Source: Ramazzottius varieornatus
Lineage: Eukaryota > Animalia > Tardigrada
Direction: 5' to 3'
NCBI GenBank assembly: GCA_001949185.1
Contig: BDGG01000008.1
Span: forward strand, 186,001-250,000
DNA length: 64,000 nucleotides
Position numbers and translations under genes: made by a program. Below, in pieces: positions 1 through 12,476 of this stretch. Within the stretch, counting starts at the first letter, position 1. Each line of letters starts with the position of its first letter. Below the pieces are notes generated by a model. The model did no database searches, had not been told where the DNA came from, and saw only the letters and a list, made by a program, of their open reading frames with translations.

Positions 1-327
1 CTCGTGGATTATCTATAAATCGTGGATCGCTACGTCTATGTGGACAGATAACGTCGTTGTGTACGGTATAGGCACAGTCTCTGTCTTGAATATCTTGAAT
101 ATCTCAGGTGGCACCAGAGCCCTGGTGGCACTTTGCACATTCTACAAACTGTTTGCCGGTTTTGCGAAGGTGATGCACTGATGATCACACTTACTGCAGG
201 CCCTCGGATTCTCAGACCAGGCGTTCGTGTTGCGACCTTCCCTCCGAAGATATCGTACGACCCCAGGAAGACATCCGGAAGTATGTATCCGTCTTCGTTT
301 TTATTGACTCCGCCTCACAAGCCATGA
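1..327 (+). CDS. Possible 3' exons of an unidentified gene truncated by the window edge (hydrophobic stretch)
   Basis: GT-AG junctions at about 66-107 and 171-199 join an open frame SWIIYKSWIATSMWTDNVVVYGGTRALVALCTFYKLFAGFAKALGFSDQAF...; family not recognised. Confidence 0.3.
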
Positions 328-428
328 AGTTATGACTGTCATGTCACCTTGTCGAGTCTTTTGAAAAACAGCTGATCGTAGACGCAAAATCCCTCACCAG
401 TGTTCCTAGCCAAAGCCGCAAGTTTAAC

Positions 429-1353
429 ATGGATTCTACTGCTTCGTCGGAAAGAACCGTCACAAGACGTGTGATTGTCTCGCCGAAGTCCCCTGCTGCC
501 ATCGGTCCATACAGGTTATAAGATCTGCTATAGTCAGATTGATACGCGCAATCTGTAAGCCGTCATGTGCTGATCTCAAGTAGATTTTCCATGTTTCCAG
601 TTCGGCCATTCTCGCCAACGATACATTGTACATTTCCGGTCAGCTAGGAATCGACGCATCAAAAGGAGCTGATTTGGTTTCTGGGTACGTCAAAAATTTG
701 CATTCACGTCAAAACTTTCCCCTTGTGTCCGCGCGAAAAGTTTGTCAACGTCCACCTGTTGCAGTGGCGTCGAAAAGGAAGCCGAACAGGCTTTGGTAAT
801 CCCGACTCCCGTTGAATCCCGTATTTGAACTACAAGCTTCGATTTCTGCCGCCAGCTTTTGTTTGCATGCCATTTGCTGTTTCATAATCTGTTGATTGCA
901 ATATTTCTGAAGGTTAATATGGGATACATTTTGAATGCGGCTGGCGCTGACTACCGGCACGTCGTTAAGACCACAGTCCTCCTGGCAGATATCAACGACT
1001 TCCAAGCTGTGAATCAGGTAGCGTTATGAAAGTTTCGTAATAGCCCACTGACATTAAAATCATACAAGGTCATTACTAACCCACACGAAGCGCGCCAAAT
1101 ATTATGTCAGTGGTCGAAATCAGATGGTGTTCTTCTCTTTTCTAGGTCTATGCCAAATTTTTGACTCACGTAAGAGCATTCATACTTTCGATTTTTTTCG
1201 ACCAGAATACGTCATTGGTAGAAGGAACGCATATACTCTAGAATCTTTTAGAATCCACCTGCTCGAGCCGCTTATCAGGTCGCTGCATTGCCAAAGAACG
1301 CTCGTGTGGAGATCGAAGCCATCGCGGTTGTCGGAACTATCAAGAATGACTGA
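429..1353 (+). CDS. RIDA: 2-iminobutanoate/2-iminopropanoate deaminase (RidA/UK114/YjgF family), 6 exons
   Basis: Spliced protein [29 protein letters not shown]...[10 protein letters not shown]...[55 protein letters not shown]. It has the PAAIGPYS, SGQLG, PAR (catalytic Arg) and VEIEAIA motifs, and includes a 24-nt micro-exon at about 1146-1169. Confidence 0.95.
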
Positions 1354-1545
1354 TGAAGATGTGTGACGCGGAAGTTGTGCCTTGAAAGGCAAACATTGCT
1401 CAGGTGGCTCGGTTGAGCTTATATCTTTCCACGCGCAAAGGGAGTATTACGCGCTTTATTCCGTTTGATCTTTAAATCGATATCCGATCACAGTAAAAAC
1501 AATTTAGAAACTCGAGGTAAAGATCTTTCCGTGCCAGATGGTGGA

Positions 1546-2125
1546 CTAGCTGTTGATCAAGGTAGTAATGTTCGTATGTTCGTTCGCATTTCTTACGGTG
1601 TCGTTCTTCTCGCTCACTGTCACTTGAGATAAGGTATCGGGAAGGGGTCCGCTGGTTGCCGCGCTGACATCAGACTGGGGACTCGCTTGCTGCACGGGAG
1701 CTAGGAGTGGTCGAAGTGAAGCCGCATTTATTTCTGACACCTTCGCTTGATGGAGATCTGAAGACTTTAGTTTCTCCTGAGCCGTTAAAGGCGAAGAAGA
1801 GTTCGTAGGTGCGATATTGGGTACACCCGACGAGTACGATTCGATTCTGTTTCCTTTGTTGAAGTTAGCCGTTGCATTTTCCGCTGTGTTGTCCGTTTTG
1901 GCTTTGGCGGAAGTGAACGTCATATCTCTTAAAGCTCCTGACGCAGCCACGGGTATCACGGATTCAGTCTTGTTCTCGGAGGTAGAATTGCTGTTGTGAA
2001 GTACTTCTCTGAAGACGGCTGGCTCGTGCTGGAAGAAGAACGAGCTATGGCAGTATCAGAAAAATGATGTACGAATACCGATAGAGGTTTCGACCCACTA
2101 AAATTGGTGTTCTTTATTGTGGCAC
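1546..2125 (-). CDS. Ser/Thr/Asn-rich low-complexity ORF, possibly the last exon of an orphan mucin-like gene
   Basis: The frame of ORF 1546-1959 stays open upstream to about 2055 and is S/T/N/A-rich with several NxS/T sequons. The 5' exon structure is unresolved. Confidence 0.35.
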
Positions 2126-3228
2126 TGAAATGCTAATTATTGCTAATTGGAGCTACTTTTTTATGATCGCGGACTTACCTGGCATGTAGCACATGAGAGA
2201 AATATGAAGAGGAAAGAAAAGATCACACAGTAGCGTGAGGAGAACTTGATCAGGTTCATCTCGAAGCTCGATGGTTAACGAGGTTCGCTGGTTCTTCGTC
2301 GAGATACGTCTCCCCAGGGCCCAAGCAGCTCGCAGACTTCTCAGTTTCCTACAGGATATATAGGTTGCGGTTGACAAAAAGCCTTTGGTTTTGTAATACC
2401 AAGCCTTGAAATTCACATGAACCACTTTTATATTATCGAGATTGAGTAGTTCCGATTACGTGATCGATTGTGAAGAGATACACGCATATATGGCGGAAGA
2501 GTATGTTCCAGATAGCCAGCGGCAGAAAACTACTCATTAGATTCATCGCGCAGGTATGTTTTGCTTTTCCGCCATACGCAAGTTGCCTACCGAACATATC
2601 AACGTTAACTTCGTGTAGGGCGGAGACCACGGTTGGAGCCGGAACTAAACTTAAGTGCGACCGTCACGAGATGCTGGCCATTGCACTGACCAAAGTCCGC
2701 CATTGTCCGGTCGGCCAAAATGACGCATCGGCATAAATAGTGGGTTTGCGTATGGTTCCGCAGTGACGTCAGTAGGTTTCCCGCGTTTATGGACAGCGTG
2801 CGTGAATGGTTGATGTCTTGATCAGTTGATCTACACATCAACAGCCGGGAGATTGCGAATAATTTGCAACAAGCAGCTGATTCTGTTTTCTGAATTCCGA
2901 AATCAATTTTCTTTTCGATCTTTTCCGCCTGATCACAACTTTCTTCCATGTATCTGTTCCCCTTTCTGACTCACGATAGATCACAGTATTGATAGCGAAG
3001 GCCATAGTTTCCGGCCGACCCTTGCGAGACAGTGGTAAGTGAGCCTGAGCCCTGAAGTCTTCGCTTGTCCAGGTTGTCTTCTTTTCAGATATTGCCAGTC
3101 TGACGACGCTGTTAATACTTGAATTTTGATGGTTGGTGCATTCTTGCAGTCGGCTCTTCAAAGATCAATACTAACCTGTAGTCTCGTTTCAGTTCCTCTG
3201 CGACTGAAGAACACAGTGTCCGAATGCG

Positions 3229-6200
3229 ATGGACAGCTACGACGTCAAAGTTTCGCTTGATGGTATCGGGATCACCAGAAAATGGAGTGTGATCAGTAGC
3301 CGGCATGAGCTATTCGACAAGATTCGCGACCAAGTTACTCAGGATCTTCGCGTTCATGCTAAGCAAGATGAGAGAGCAGTTTCCTACCAGCTATATCTTC
3401 GAGGTTTGTGGATTGAACTTTGTTCAGAAGCTTTGGCTCTGTTGTCTGCTCACAGTCAAGTCTGTTTTGCAGAAGCCGATCAGATTCTCGCCATAGACTC
3501 ATCGGAAGCACTACAGAAAGCTCTGCAAGACTTGCAGCAATCGTCCTTCAACAATTCTGATGAACCGCGGAAGCTGAAATTCCTGGCGAAAAAAGCGGGT
3601 CATGACACGAGTGAGTGTCAGTACGTACGAGTGTGTCCGAATATCTTCGCTGCTGCAGTACCAGTACCACTGGTACACCACAGAACATAATGCCTGTGTG
3701 ACCTAATTTAAGTCTTTACAATTCAGAGAAATCTTCTGCAGATGAAGGCTGTATCTTTGTGGAGGGACAAAAGAGCACTGCGAAGGACCAGCCGCGATCT
3801 TCCAACTTGTTCCCAAACTCTGACCAGAAGGGTGGCCATAACGCCATGATGACCGTCGAAGACGCGCTCGAGCTTCAAATTTTCAAGCAAACCAAAGCTT
3901 TGCTCGATCGGAAACTGGAAGAAATATCCAGGCAATGATGCGACAAGCTACAAAGCCATAATATTCACGGTCCATCTCAGTCAATTCTTTCTAACGTTCG
4001 CTTGTATTGTAGAAAGCAGTATGAAGAAAGACAGCCGGAAGTTGCTCCCGCTGGTGGCAACACGGCTCGGTCAGTTCACAATGAAGTCCGCGAGGAGCCC
4101 CGAAACAACGTCACCAAACAGCAGCAGAAAGTCGAGGAGGAGGCACAGCCATTGATGTCAGATATAGTGCAGAGCATCGGTTTGGTTTCCGATGAGACAA
4201 GCGAGCCCAGCACGGATGAGGTTTCGGATAACGGGACCGAGGAAGCTGCTGACGAGTCGATGGACGATGCTCTACCACAGGCCATAGCGCCAACTACACC
4301 TCTGTTGACAGCCGTTCCGTATAACGAGAGCGCTAACAGCACATCTCAAAGCGTCCATCCCGAGGATACTCCTCAGATAAATGTATCGTTCTTTGGTTGG
4401 TTCAAAAATATGTTGGACTGCGTTGAGTTCTTCTTTGTAGATGGCGCAAACTCCTAATAAGACTACAGCTGATTCCGGAACAATAAACTGGCAGAACCTT
4501 TTGGTGGACCCAGACGCTGCTCGGGAGATGCTAAAGCCTTTCGTCGGAAGCAAGAACAAGATTACCTTGATTTCGAAGGCTCTGGTTCGCTACGAAGGGC
4601 TGTTGCGTTCTGTCAGCAGTACATCCTATCAGATCAATCTTCTCTCGGGTACGTGGAATTCCCGAACACTTTTTTAAGTTCTCGATTCTAGGTCTGCTGA
4701 GCCGGATACTGATGGTCGAGTGATCTAATTGCAGTTAGATTCTTGGGAAGCGAGGACCGCCCCGTCATGAAGAAGGCCTATGCTAAGCCACAAGTGTTTC
4801 CTTCGGTGAGCTTCCAGCTGAACGAACTGCGAGATGTTCGAGTGTATCTCAACGGAGCTCAAGGTCCAGACACGGGCGCACTTGACGAAACGGTAGGACT
4901 AAAACCTCAGTTTATAATTCAACAAGTCTGTTTTCGGAATGGCGCATGTTTCCAGTGTTACTGGCTGAAAGCGTGTGCCACTTGGAAAGCGGTCTCGTTG
5001 AATTTGTTTGCCTGCGTACCATTAGAGATTCAGATTTGCCAGCATGTTATCACTGTTGAGGTACTTAAAATGTTGGACCGGAAGTGCTCCTATTGCAGGC
5101 TCCTGCGCCAAACGTGCTGTCCGCCCCGCAAGTCCAGATCCACACTCGCTTGGACTCCACTCCCTCATACGCCAGCGACAAGAGTAACAAAGCCGAATCA
5201 CCGGCGAAGGCAGATATCGAATTTCGTGTCCAGAAGGAAGGTGTCAGCGGAGAGTTCCGTCTGCGAGTGCCAGACTTGAACTCGTTGTCGCCTCGAAAGA
5301 CCGGTACTAGCCGTAGCATCCTCCTTCAAATCCCCAGCTCCATGTTGAGTTCCCAGAACAGCGCGAGTCAGAATCAGTCTAATGCCGAAGAAGCTAAACC
5401 CTCCATCGGTCCTAAGCCGGATTCGGAACTTGTCGATGATGGTACCCGTAATGATGGAAAGAGAGTGACGCGCTCCCGAGTTGGTAAGAAGCCCACATCG
5501 AAGTCTCCCATTCGTAAGGTCGCACAGCCAAAATCGAAAAGTGTCGCTGCGAGTCGTGCGAGAAAAGTGAGCAAAGAGCCTGAGACGGAAGGGAGTAACG
5601 TCAGCTTGATCCCAACCATCACTCCGCCAAAGCCGACGGCACATAAGGCTACCGAAAGCCGCTCGGCTGCACGGTCATCGCTTTCTGCTGCAGGAAGTGC
5701 AGCTGATTCGGGGCGGAAGCGGTCGGCCAGTGGTCGTTTTAGCTTGAAACGAGTTGAACCGGAAGTCGAAGCGGAAACTGAGGTCGAAGTGGAAGCGGCG
5801 CCCGAAAGCGTGAAGGAACCGGAAGAAGGTAGGTGCAGTTTTACGTTTCATGATAGAGTTTTACGTTTTATGATAAGTTGACTGAAGTTGGTTTGACGCC
5901 TTGTTGGAACTGAATACTGTAAATATTCGTTGCATCCGCGCAGTACGTACTCGTACGTAACGATGCACCTCCGTAGGGGGTTGCGCAATCCGTGAAACTG
6001 GACTGGGTCTGTACTTCACTTGTACGATAACGTACTGCGCGGACGCAGCGAATATTACAGTATTTAAAAATTTGTGAGGCCACACTGACTTCCATAAGTA
6101 TTCGGGCACCCCCATCTGTGCTCAAAAATTCACATCTCCGTTGTTTTTCAACCGATCCGCATACTTACCCTTGTGTAGCAAAGACAAGTAATTTGTCTTT

Positions 6201-6461
6201 CGTGTCACGTGGCTTTTGTTCGGCCAAACCAACAAATCAGCTCGCAACACACAACCGATTGACACGGAAGAGAAATTGCTTGATTTTGAAACACAGGTGG
6301 AAGTATGCGGATCGGTTGAAAAACAACGGCAATGTGAATTTTTGAACGCAGATGGGGGTGCCCGAATATCTATGGGAGTCGGTGTACCGGTATGTGTTGT
6401 ATCTGCAGGCAACGTCATCAGCACACAACACACGAAATGTGCCAAGCGAGCTCGTCGCTAA
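3229..6461 (+). CDS. Multi-exon orphan protein: PB1-like N-terminus, acidic middle, long basic Ser/Lys/Arg-rich disordered C-terminus (3' end uncertain)
   Basis: Chain of + strand exon-sized ORFs (3229-3690, 4002-4380, 4441-4648, 4743-4892, 5084-5828) with GT-AG junctions. The N-terminus YDVKVSLDG...RKWSV...ELFDKIRDQV...LAIDSSEALQKAL...LKFLA has a PB1/ubiquitin-like pattern (inference). Confidence 0.55.
5913..6064. mobile_element. MITE-like inverted-repeat element (about 150 bp) in an intron
   Basis: Left arm aatactgtaaatattcgttgcatccgcgcagtacgtactcgtac closely matches the reverse complement of the right arm, aatactgtaatattcgctgcgtccgcgcagtacgttatcgtac. TA at the termini. Confidence 0.75.
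6081..6388. mobile_element. MITE/foldback element with about 130 bp imperfect terminal inverted repeats
   Basis: ...tattcgggcacccccatctgtgctcaaaaattcacatctccgttgtttttcaaccgatccgcatactt... (about 6099-6166) recurs as the reverse complement at about 6301-6368. This explains the mirror-image ORFs KNSHxRCFSTDPHT on both strands. Confidence 0.85.
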
Positions 6462-6833
6462 CTAAACCGCTGTGGGATTCGCGCTTGACAAAAGTGTTCC
6501 TGATTGCAGACTGCAGGAAGAAGATGTCTCGGAGTTGTCTGCCAAAGAAACGGATGTTCGTGAGAATTCAACTAGTTTTAAGTTTGGATGGAAGGATCTT
6601 TCACCTTTGAATCATTAATGGTATCACAATATTCCGTTCTAGTGCGAAGGGTTGCGGATAAATGACGAGACAGTCTTTTTTACTCCAGTAGTTTGTAGTG
6701 ATTTTTTACTATCTGCTAATGGGTTGAAAACACAGTTTGGGGTATTGCATTCGCAAAAGGAAAAAGAACTATACCTCTTTGGCCATAAGGGGTGTGCGGG
6801 GGAAGACTAGCACAGGCGGACTGGCGGAGCTAG

Positions 6834-8684
6834 TCACACATTGAACCGGACTTTAATTTTTCTGCTGTTTGACAGGATCTGCTTGGCTATAAGGACGAAA
6901 ACGAAACATGCGACCAAAATAATTGTTGCAGCACCTTCGATGTAGAGATGTGGATACCGGGGAGGAAGCCACAAAACCGTGTAAAATAACCGGTTCGTCG
7001 TCAGATCTTGAAAAAAGAGGGAATTTCATCACGTAGAACGGATCTCCCGTTCCCACAATATAGCGTCCTTACCGACAATCGCGACACCGTAACCCATCCT
7101 AGGAACTCCCTACAATGCATAAGGATAACTGAGATTCGTCGCTTGAAACAAAGCTTCCTTTCGTCACTTACCATTCTGTAGGAACAAGTAGGAACGACCA
7201 CTTCCTGCATGGCAGCAGGATTGGAAGACAGTTCAAATACAGTGAAGTCGGACAAGTGCGAAGGCAAGGTTCCGGAAGAGGAGTGGTCAGGATAAGGTCT
7301 CTGGGCAGCGGAAGCCTTGCAGATCCAAGAACAGATCAAGATGGTACAGTATCGTACTCGTAGAGCAATTTCGACCTGTGGTGCAGCGTACCTTGTGATC
7401 ATGAGCAGAAATGATTAGGTTTGGTTTCAGTTCCTCGATAACCTGAAAAATATACTGGAATTAAATGAATAAAGGTTCGCTGGTTCCTAATTACACTGTA
7501 AATACCTACTTGTTTCATATCTTGGTCCAAAAATGACTGCAGAAACGGGACATGGCTGAAGAAAATCGTGTGGGTTCGTTTGGTCGCATTGCCCTCTGGA
7601 GTAAGAACGGTGGGTTTCACCAGCCCGCTGGCCTGTGAAAAAAAGATAAAATCATGTTAACTCAAGAAGAATAAGGTACGCGTACATAACAGAAGAAAAA
7701 TCCTTTTGAAGAGTGTGATCAGTCAAATACGTACCTCAACCAGTCGCGTCGAGCTATCCCAAAAACCGGACGCATCCGACTGGAAGTGCTGTCGAAACCT
7801 TTCCACTTTGTCTGCTGTAATCGCCTCACCCTCCCCTCCGATGTCATTGTCACCAGGTACGTAAACCACCTGCAAAAACGTAAAATGACTCAATGACAGT
7901 AAGGGTCGCTCCGAAACTTTCGTTCAGCAACAATTTTGAAATTGGGGCGTCGGAAAACGAACCGAGAAATGTCGCTACCCCACGCGCGACGCAGATTTTC
8001 GTTGTTTTTGGCTGGAAGTGTGGGGAAAATGACATTGTTCAAATAATTTGTCGACATCCCAAGTTATATTTTAAGAGAGAATTTTTTCAGGATCAACTCG
8101 ACGGAGAAATACGGCAATTCGGTAACCGAATGCCTTCTAATGCGCCTACCTTTGCGTTTCCAGATGGAAAGATTCCGTGAAAACGACGAGCGTATGCATC
8201 GTATGTTTCCTCGTTGGTAGTGATGGAGCCTTCGTCCAGCAGGTCGCCGAGAAATACGATCAGGTGAGGATGGACATGTTGAACAGTCCGAAGGTAAGTT
8301 TTCGAGAGGTACCTAAAACGCAAGTACGGATTCCCAACAAGATCACAACACAAAGTTCCCAGGGCACTGAAGATAAATACTATACCTGTCAGCATCCCAA
8401 CGCGTGAGCGCTCCCAAAAGACCGGCTGGCTCGTTTTCCAGCCCTTGAATCTGAGGATCAGCTACGAAGAGGATTCGTAACGTCTTCCGGGAATCCGTAG
8501 CAGAAGAACCCCAGTCATGCAGCCTCAGGTGAGGATACACTATTTCCAGGACACCAAGCCTCCAACTGGGCGTCCAAGGTATGACTATGTAGCAGAAGGA
8601 TTCGCAGTACAGAATGACTGCTAGATAGATGAACACCAGCCATCTCAGGGCCTTATGGGTAAAGATTCCGCCTCCACGTCTCAT
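6834..8684 (-). CDS. Metallophosphoesterase of the MPPE1/PGAP5/Ted1/Cdc1 type (GPI remodelling), with N- and C-terminal TM helices
   Basis: Motifs FVADPQIQG, WDADRY, VFLGDLLDEG, PGDNDIGGEG, FFSHVP, EVVVPTCSYRMG and a C-terminal LWLPPRY followed by a TM helix. Stop codon at 6834-6836. Confidence 0.85.
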
Positions 8685-9417
8685 GGCTTCTTGGTCGATA
8701 TCTCATTCTGCTAACTTCATCTACGTAACGTGTTCTTCTCCGGGCTTCCGTATGAAGTTCTCCCGCTGAACACAAGTCACGCCACTAAATCAAACTTTAA
8801 CGATTCTCACTTCCAGTTTGTATCGATCACTCGTCTCTCACATATGCGCGGGTGTTCACGAATCCATAGCTTCCCTTTCGGTCAACTAGTTCCAACAGGT
8901 TCCAGTACTGGGAGTCCACCCCACATCGGTTTTACCTGCAGAGGATGATCTTACCCACGTCATGATCAAGACTCGGTGGAACTAACTCAACCAAGCAGAC
9001 CCCGAAAAAATCCAGCTGTCGCTTCTTCGGCCATCCCAGCTCAGCCTTACCGATATTTTCTCTGCCACGTAGCTCCCAAAAGTATTACTTCCAAACACAG
9101 AGTTTGCAGTACACCTCGGAGTGTCGATGATCCTGGTGGATACAGGAAGAAAACTTCGCAGATTAGATCGCCCCATCCGAATTTTCCGCAAACAGCATTG
9201 TCCGCTTGTTGCGGATCGTTCAAGCGATCAAACTGGGCGCCACTGATGACGCCACCTCACTAGAGAAATGTACTGATCGATTGATCAAATCGAGCAAATC
9301 TGGAAAGTTAACTCTGAAGCAGACTGTGCGGAGGCGACCGTCAACAAAGACGTTTTCTTCTGCGCCATTTTCCCATTTTTGAACTGGCTCTGTTCTGATC
9401 CTCGGACGATCTTCGCC

Positions 9418-10190
9418 ATGGCCAGATCTTCTGCCGTTTCGGCAGAGAACGTTGGCACCTTGCGTGCATTGAGCTATTTGGTCGTCACGTACACCTTGGT
9501 AGGTGTCTGGTTGACTCTCCTGCCATGGATTAGGTTCGGGAAAATTCCATTTTCTATTGCAGGTATCCGCCGTGCTCCTAGTTTTCCCGGACTTCCTGAA
9601 CGCTGCTCTACCATTCAGTGTGTTCTCCCACTGGAAGCAGGTCATTCGATACATCCTAACTGGCGTGCTGACAGCTAGCGGTCTCGCATTGTGGAGAGGG
9701 ATTGCTTCGGTATGTGCTTACTACTTCCTCTATAGCCGTATATAGACTTTCGCCCGATGTTCATCTCTTTTCTTCTCGACAGAATCGTCGGGAGCTGCTT
9801 CTCATCTGGCTGATTCTCTACGGCATTACTACCATCTTTATTGCACTGGTCATTACCATCGGGTTGTTTTCCGGGCAGTTCAACCTGTATCTGCCTAACT
9901 GGAAATGGGTAACCGAACCTTAAACCACCCACTTTAAATAGATGATACACTATATTCTCATGTGAACTTGATACAGGGATTCTGGAATCACAAGTCGTGG
10001 TTGGAGGACGGAGTTATCTTTTTGCTGATGGGAGCAGTTGGCTTGGACGTGAGTCAGCACGCATAATATGCAGAGTGCGATTACTGTAGTTGAAATTATA
10101 ACTGTTTGTTTTCCAACTTAGATCGCCAGTCTTAAAGTGGTTTATGATCTGTACACTCAACTGGGAGGAAGCCGGAAGCTGAAGGTCTGA
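9418..10190 (+). CDS. Small four-pass membrane protein (LAPTM/tetraspanin-like topology), family not identified
   Basis: Five exons joined by GT-AG encode MARSSAVSAENV...four hydrophobic segments...NRRELLLIWLIL...IASLKVVYDLYTQLGGSRKLKV*. Confidence 0.65.
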
Positions 10191-10788
10191 TTCTATTGTC
10201 CGAAGGATATACGTGCTGCACGCTGAGTTGGAAATTGACTCTTCGAATTCAGCAACATGATCTGCCTAATTCACGCTTCGCCGTGGTTGTCCGTCTTGTC
10301 GAATTCACCAAGCATTCTCAAGTACAGTATGTTTCTTTACCGTTTTTGTACCGTTAGTGATGCTGAAATTGTTGTTCGTTCACTGAGAAACCAGTTCTTG
10401 GGAGACATCAACACAAAAATTCATTGCAGTCATGCTGGATAGTTTCCGCCATTAAGACCGTGATACGATGCTTTGCCGTAAACGTACGCTGTACCATGCG
10501 GTGCCCTGAAGAGTTGTTCAGGCTGGAGCGCTCACGAAGGGAAACAGTAGTCTTCCGCTGGAATGTTTTTGTTCAGTTCACGTGACGAGTTGGATAGGTT
10601 CATGGCTCTTCGCGGCGCCTTCCGACGCCCGAAGTGCTGCGAACAAGCAGGTTTCCTGCGCCCTCTGGGCTTAGTATCAAAACATCCAGGAAGTTGTCAG
10701 CACAAAGCAGTGGCAGAAGACATAGTCGAACGGAACGGCGTTTCTATGTGCCGTGGTAGTTGGTAATGATTACTGAAAGCTGACTACT

Positions 10789-12040
10789 ATGGATCTTCGT
10801 CCAGGGGGCGTTTTAGTTGTATTGATTCTATTGGCTTCGCAAATGGATTTCCGGGTCGCCAAAACGGCCGAGCCGGTCGCTCCTTCTACGGACGGGTGGG
10901 AAGAGGATGCCGGTTCGGGTACCGGCTCTGTCGCCGACAACGCCACGTCTGGGGACGCTACCAAAGTACCTGCATTCGACTCTCCAGAGGTAGTCACGGA
11001 AGCTCCTCCTCCGGTAGTGTCGAGTTTGGATACCTCAGATCGACGGGTCCAAAAACTCATAACACGCCGCTTCAACCAAGAAAGACGGAAGGCTGGTGCC
11101 GCGGATATGCTGAAGCTGAAATGGGACACGGAAGCCCAGAACTTGGCCCAGAAGATCGCGAAGCGATGTGTTTTCAAACAACCGGAAGGAGACGCTGAGC
11201 GTACCCAGTTTCTTCGAACGAAAGGTAAGTGTTCGATCTCTAATGATGATGGTGAAACGTCTTGCCTTCTTTGTACTGGTAGATCTTCCTTGCGGTATGA
11301 ACATGGCAAGAAGCACAGGACCGGTTCGAGGGTGGAACGGGACAATTGAGTCGTGGCTCAAAATGGGAGAGAATTTCCAGTTTGGCGTTGATCAAAGAGC
11401 ACGACTTTCAAGTTTGGGCACTTATACAGCGGTAAGAGGATCTTTTGAAATCTGTTTGAAAATTGATATCTCGCTCGTATGTTTCTTGTTTGCGGTCTGA
11501 TCCTCAGCTAGCTTTTTTCGTACAGATAATATGGTCGAAGACCCATAAAGTCGGATGCGCGGCTACACAGTGTCAAGATTCTGGCAAGTGGAGCAGCTAC
11601 ACCTTTTACGTCTGCACGTTTTGTCCCGCGTGAGTTCCTGGTTTTCTGCCTCTCTCCCAATCAAAATCATTATAGTGCTTGCGGGACTATATTCGGTTGA
11701 CTGTTTTTCTCCTCAAGAGGAAACATAACCCCCGAGAAGATCCTGAAACCCTATCTTCCTGGTCCACGTTGCTCACGCTGCCCAGATTCCTGCCGTAACG
11801 GACTATGTAGTGAGTACAAGCTGTCGCGACAAGTTACGTTCTTTTCCTTGTCAGAATTTTAACGCGGACCTTAAGTTTTCATATTTTGTAGCAAATCCCT
11901 GTCCATACGCGAACAAGTACGCGAACTGTGATAGTTTGCTGCCGTCTGGCTGCGACGGCCCGATTGAATTCGACGACCCTTCTTTGACAGAGCAGTGCAA
12001 AGCCACCTGTCAGTGCAAGGACCAAGGGTTACTTTACTAG
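10789..12040 (+). CDS. Secreted CAP (SCP/TAPS) protein with CRISP-type Cys-rich tail, copy 1
   Basis: Signal peptide, ADMLKLKWD, CGMNMA, YTAIIWSKTHKVGC, FYVCTFCPAGN, hinge CSRCPDSCRNGLC, and ShK-like tail CKATCQCKDQGLLY*. Confidence 0.9.
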
Positions 12041-12476
12041 TCCGCGGCGAACTTCTTCGTAGAAAAACTGTTTTCCGCATTGCTCGCTGTTGTATAGAAA
12101 TATATGTGTCAGCCTGGTTGTTCGATTGTCTTTACATTTGATGGAATCATTTGTCTTTGGGCCGTATTACTTTGTTTGCAAAAGTGTAAAACGCCATGGG
12201 CGTTTCGCTTTATGTGATTTTTGGGACAGTACTCAGCAGTACTAAATGCCGAGACAATCAACTCGAAGATCTTGGTTGAGACTTACGAATCGGAACTTAA
12301 ATTAAGGCAGTTTCCTTATTTCGTGTTATGACATCGCGATTATCAAACCGGATAATCTTAATTGTTGTTCTTGTAGATTAAACAGGCTAGTTACACCTTG
12401 AATTATTTTAAGGTTGCAGGATTGTTTAGCTGGTTCCACGTAAACGGCCTGTCCACAGGATTTTCCACCTTGAGCA

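Noticed and set aside
5084-5881. Possible Dsup
   Set aside because: Only compositionally similar; it lacks the Gly-rich Dsup repeats and the RRSSRL HMGN-like motif.
6118-6445. Near-identical peptides (KNSHxRCFSTDPHT) on both strands
   Set aside because: Produced by the palindromic MITE, not by duplicated genes.
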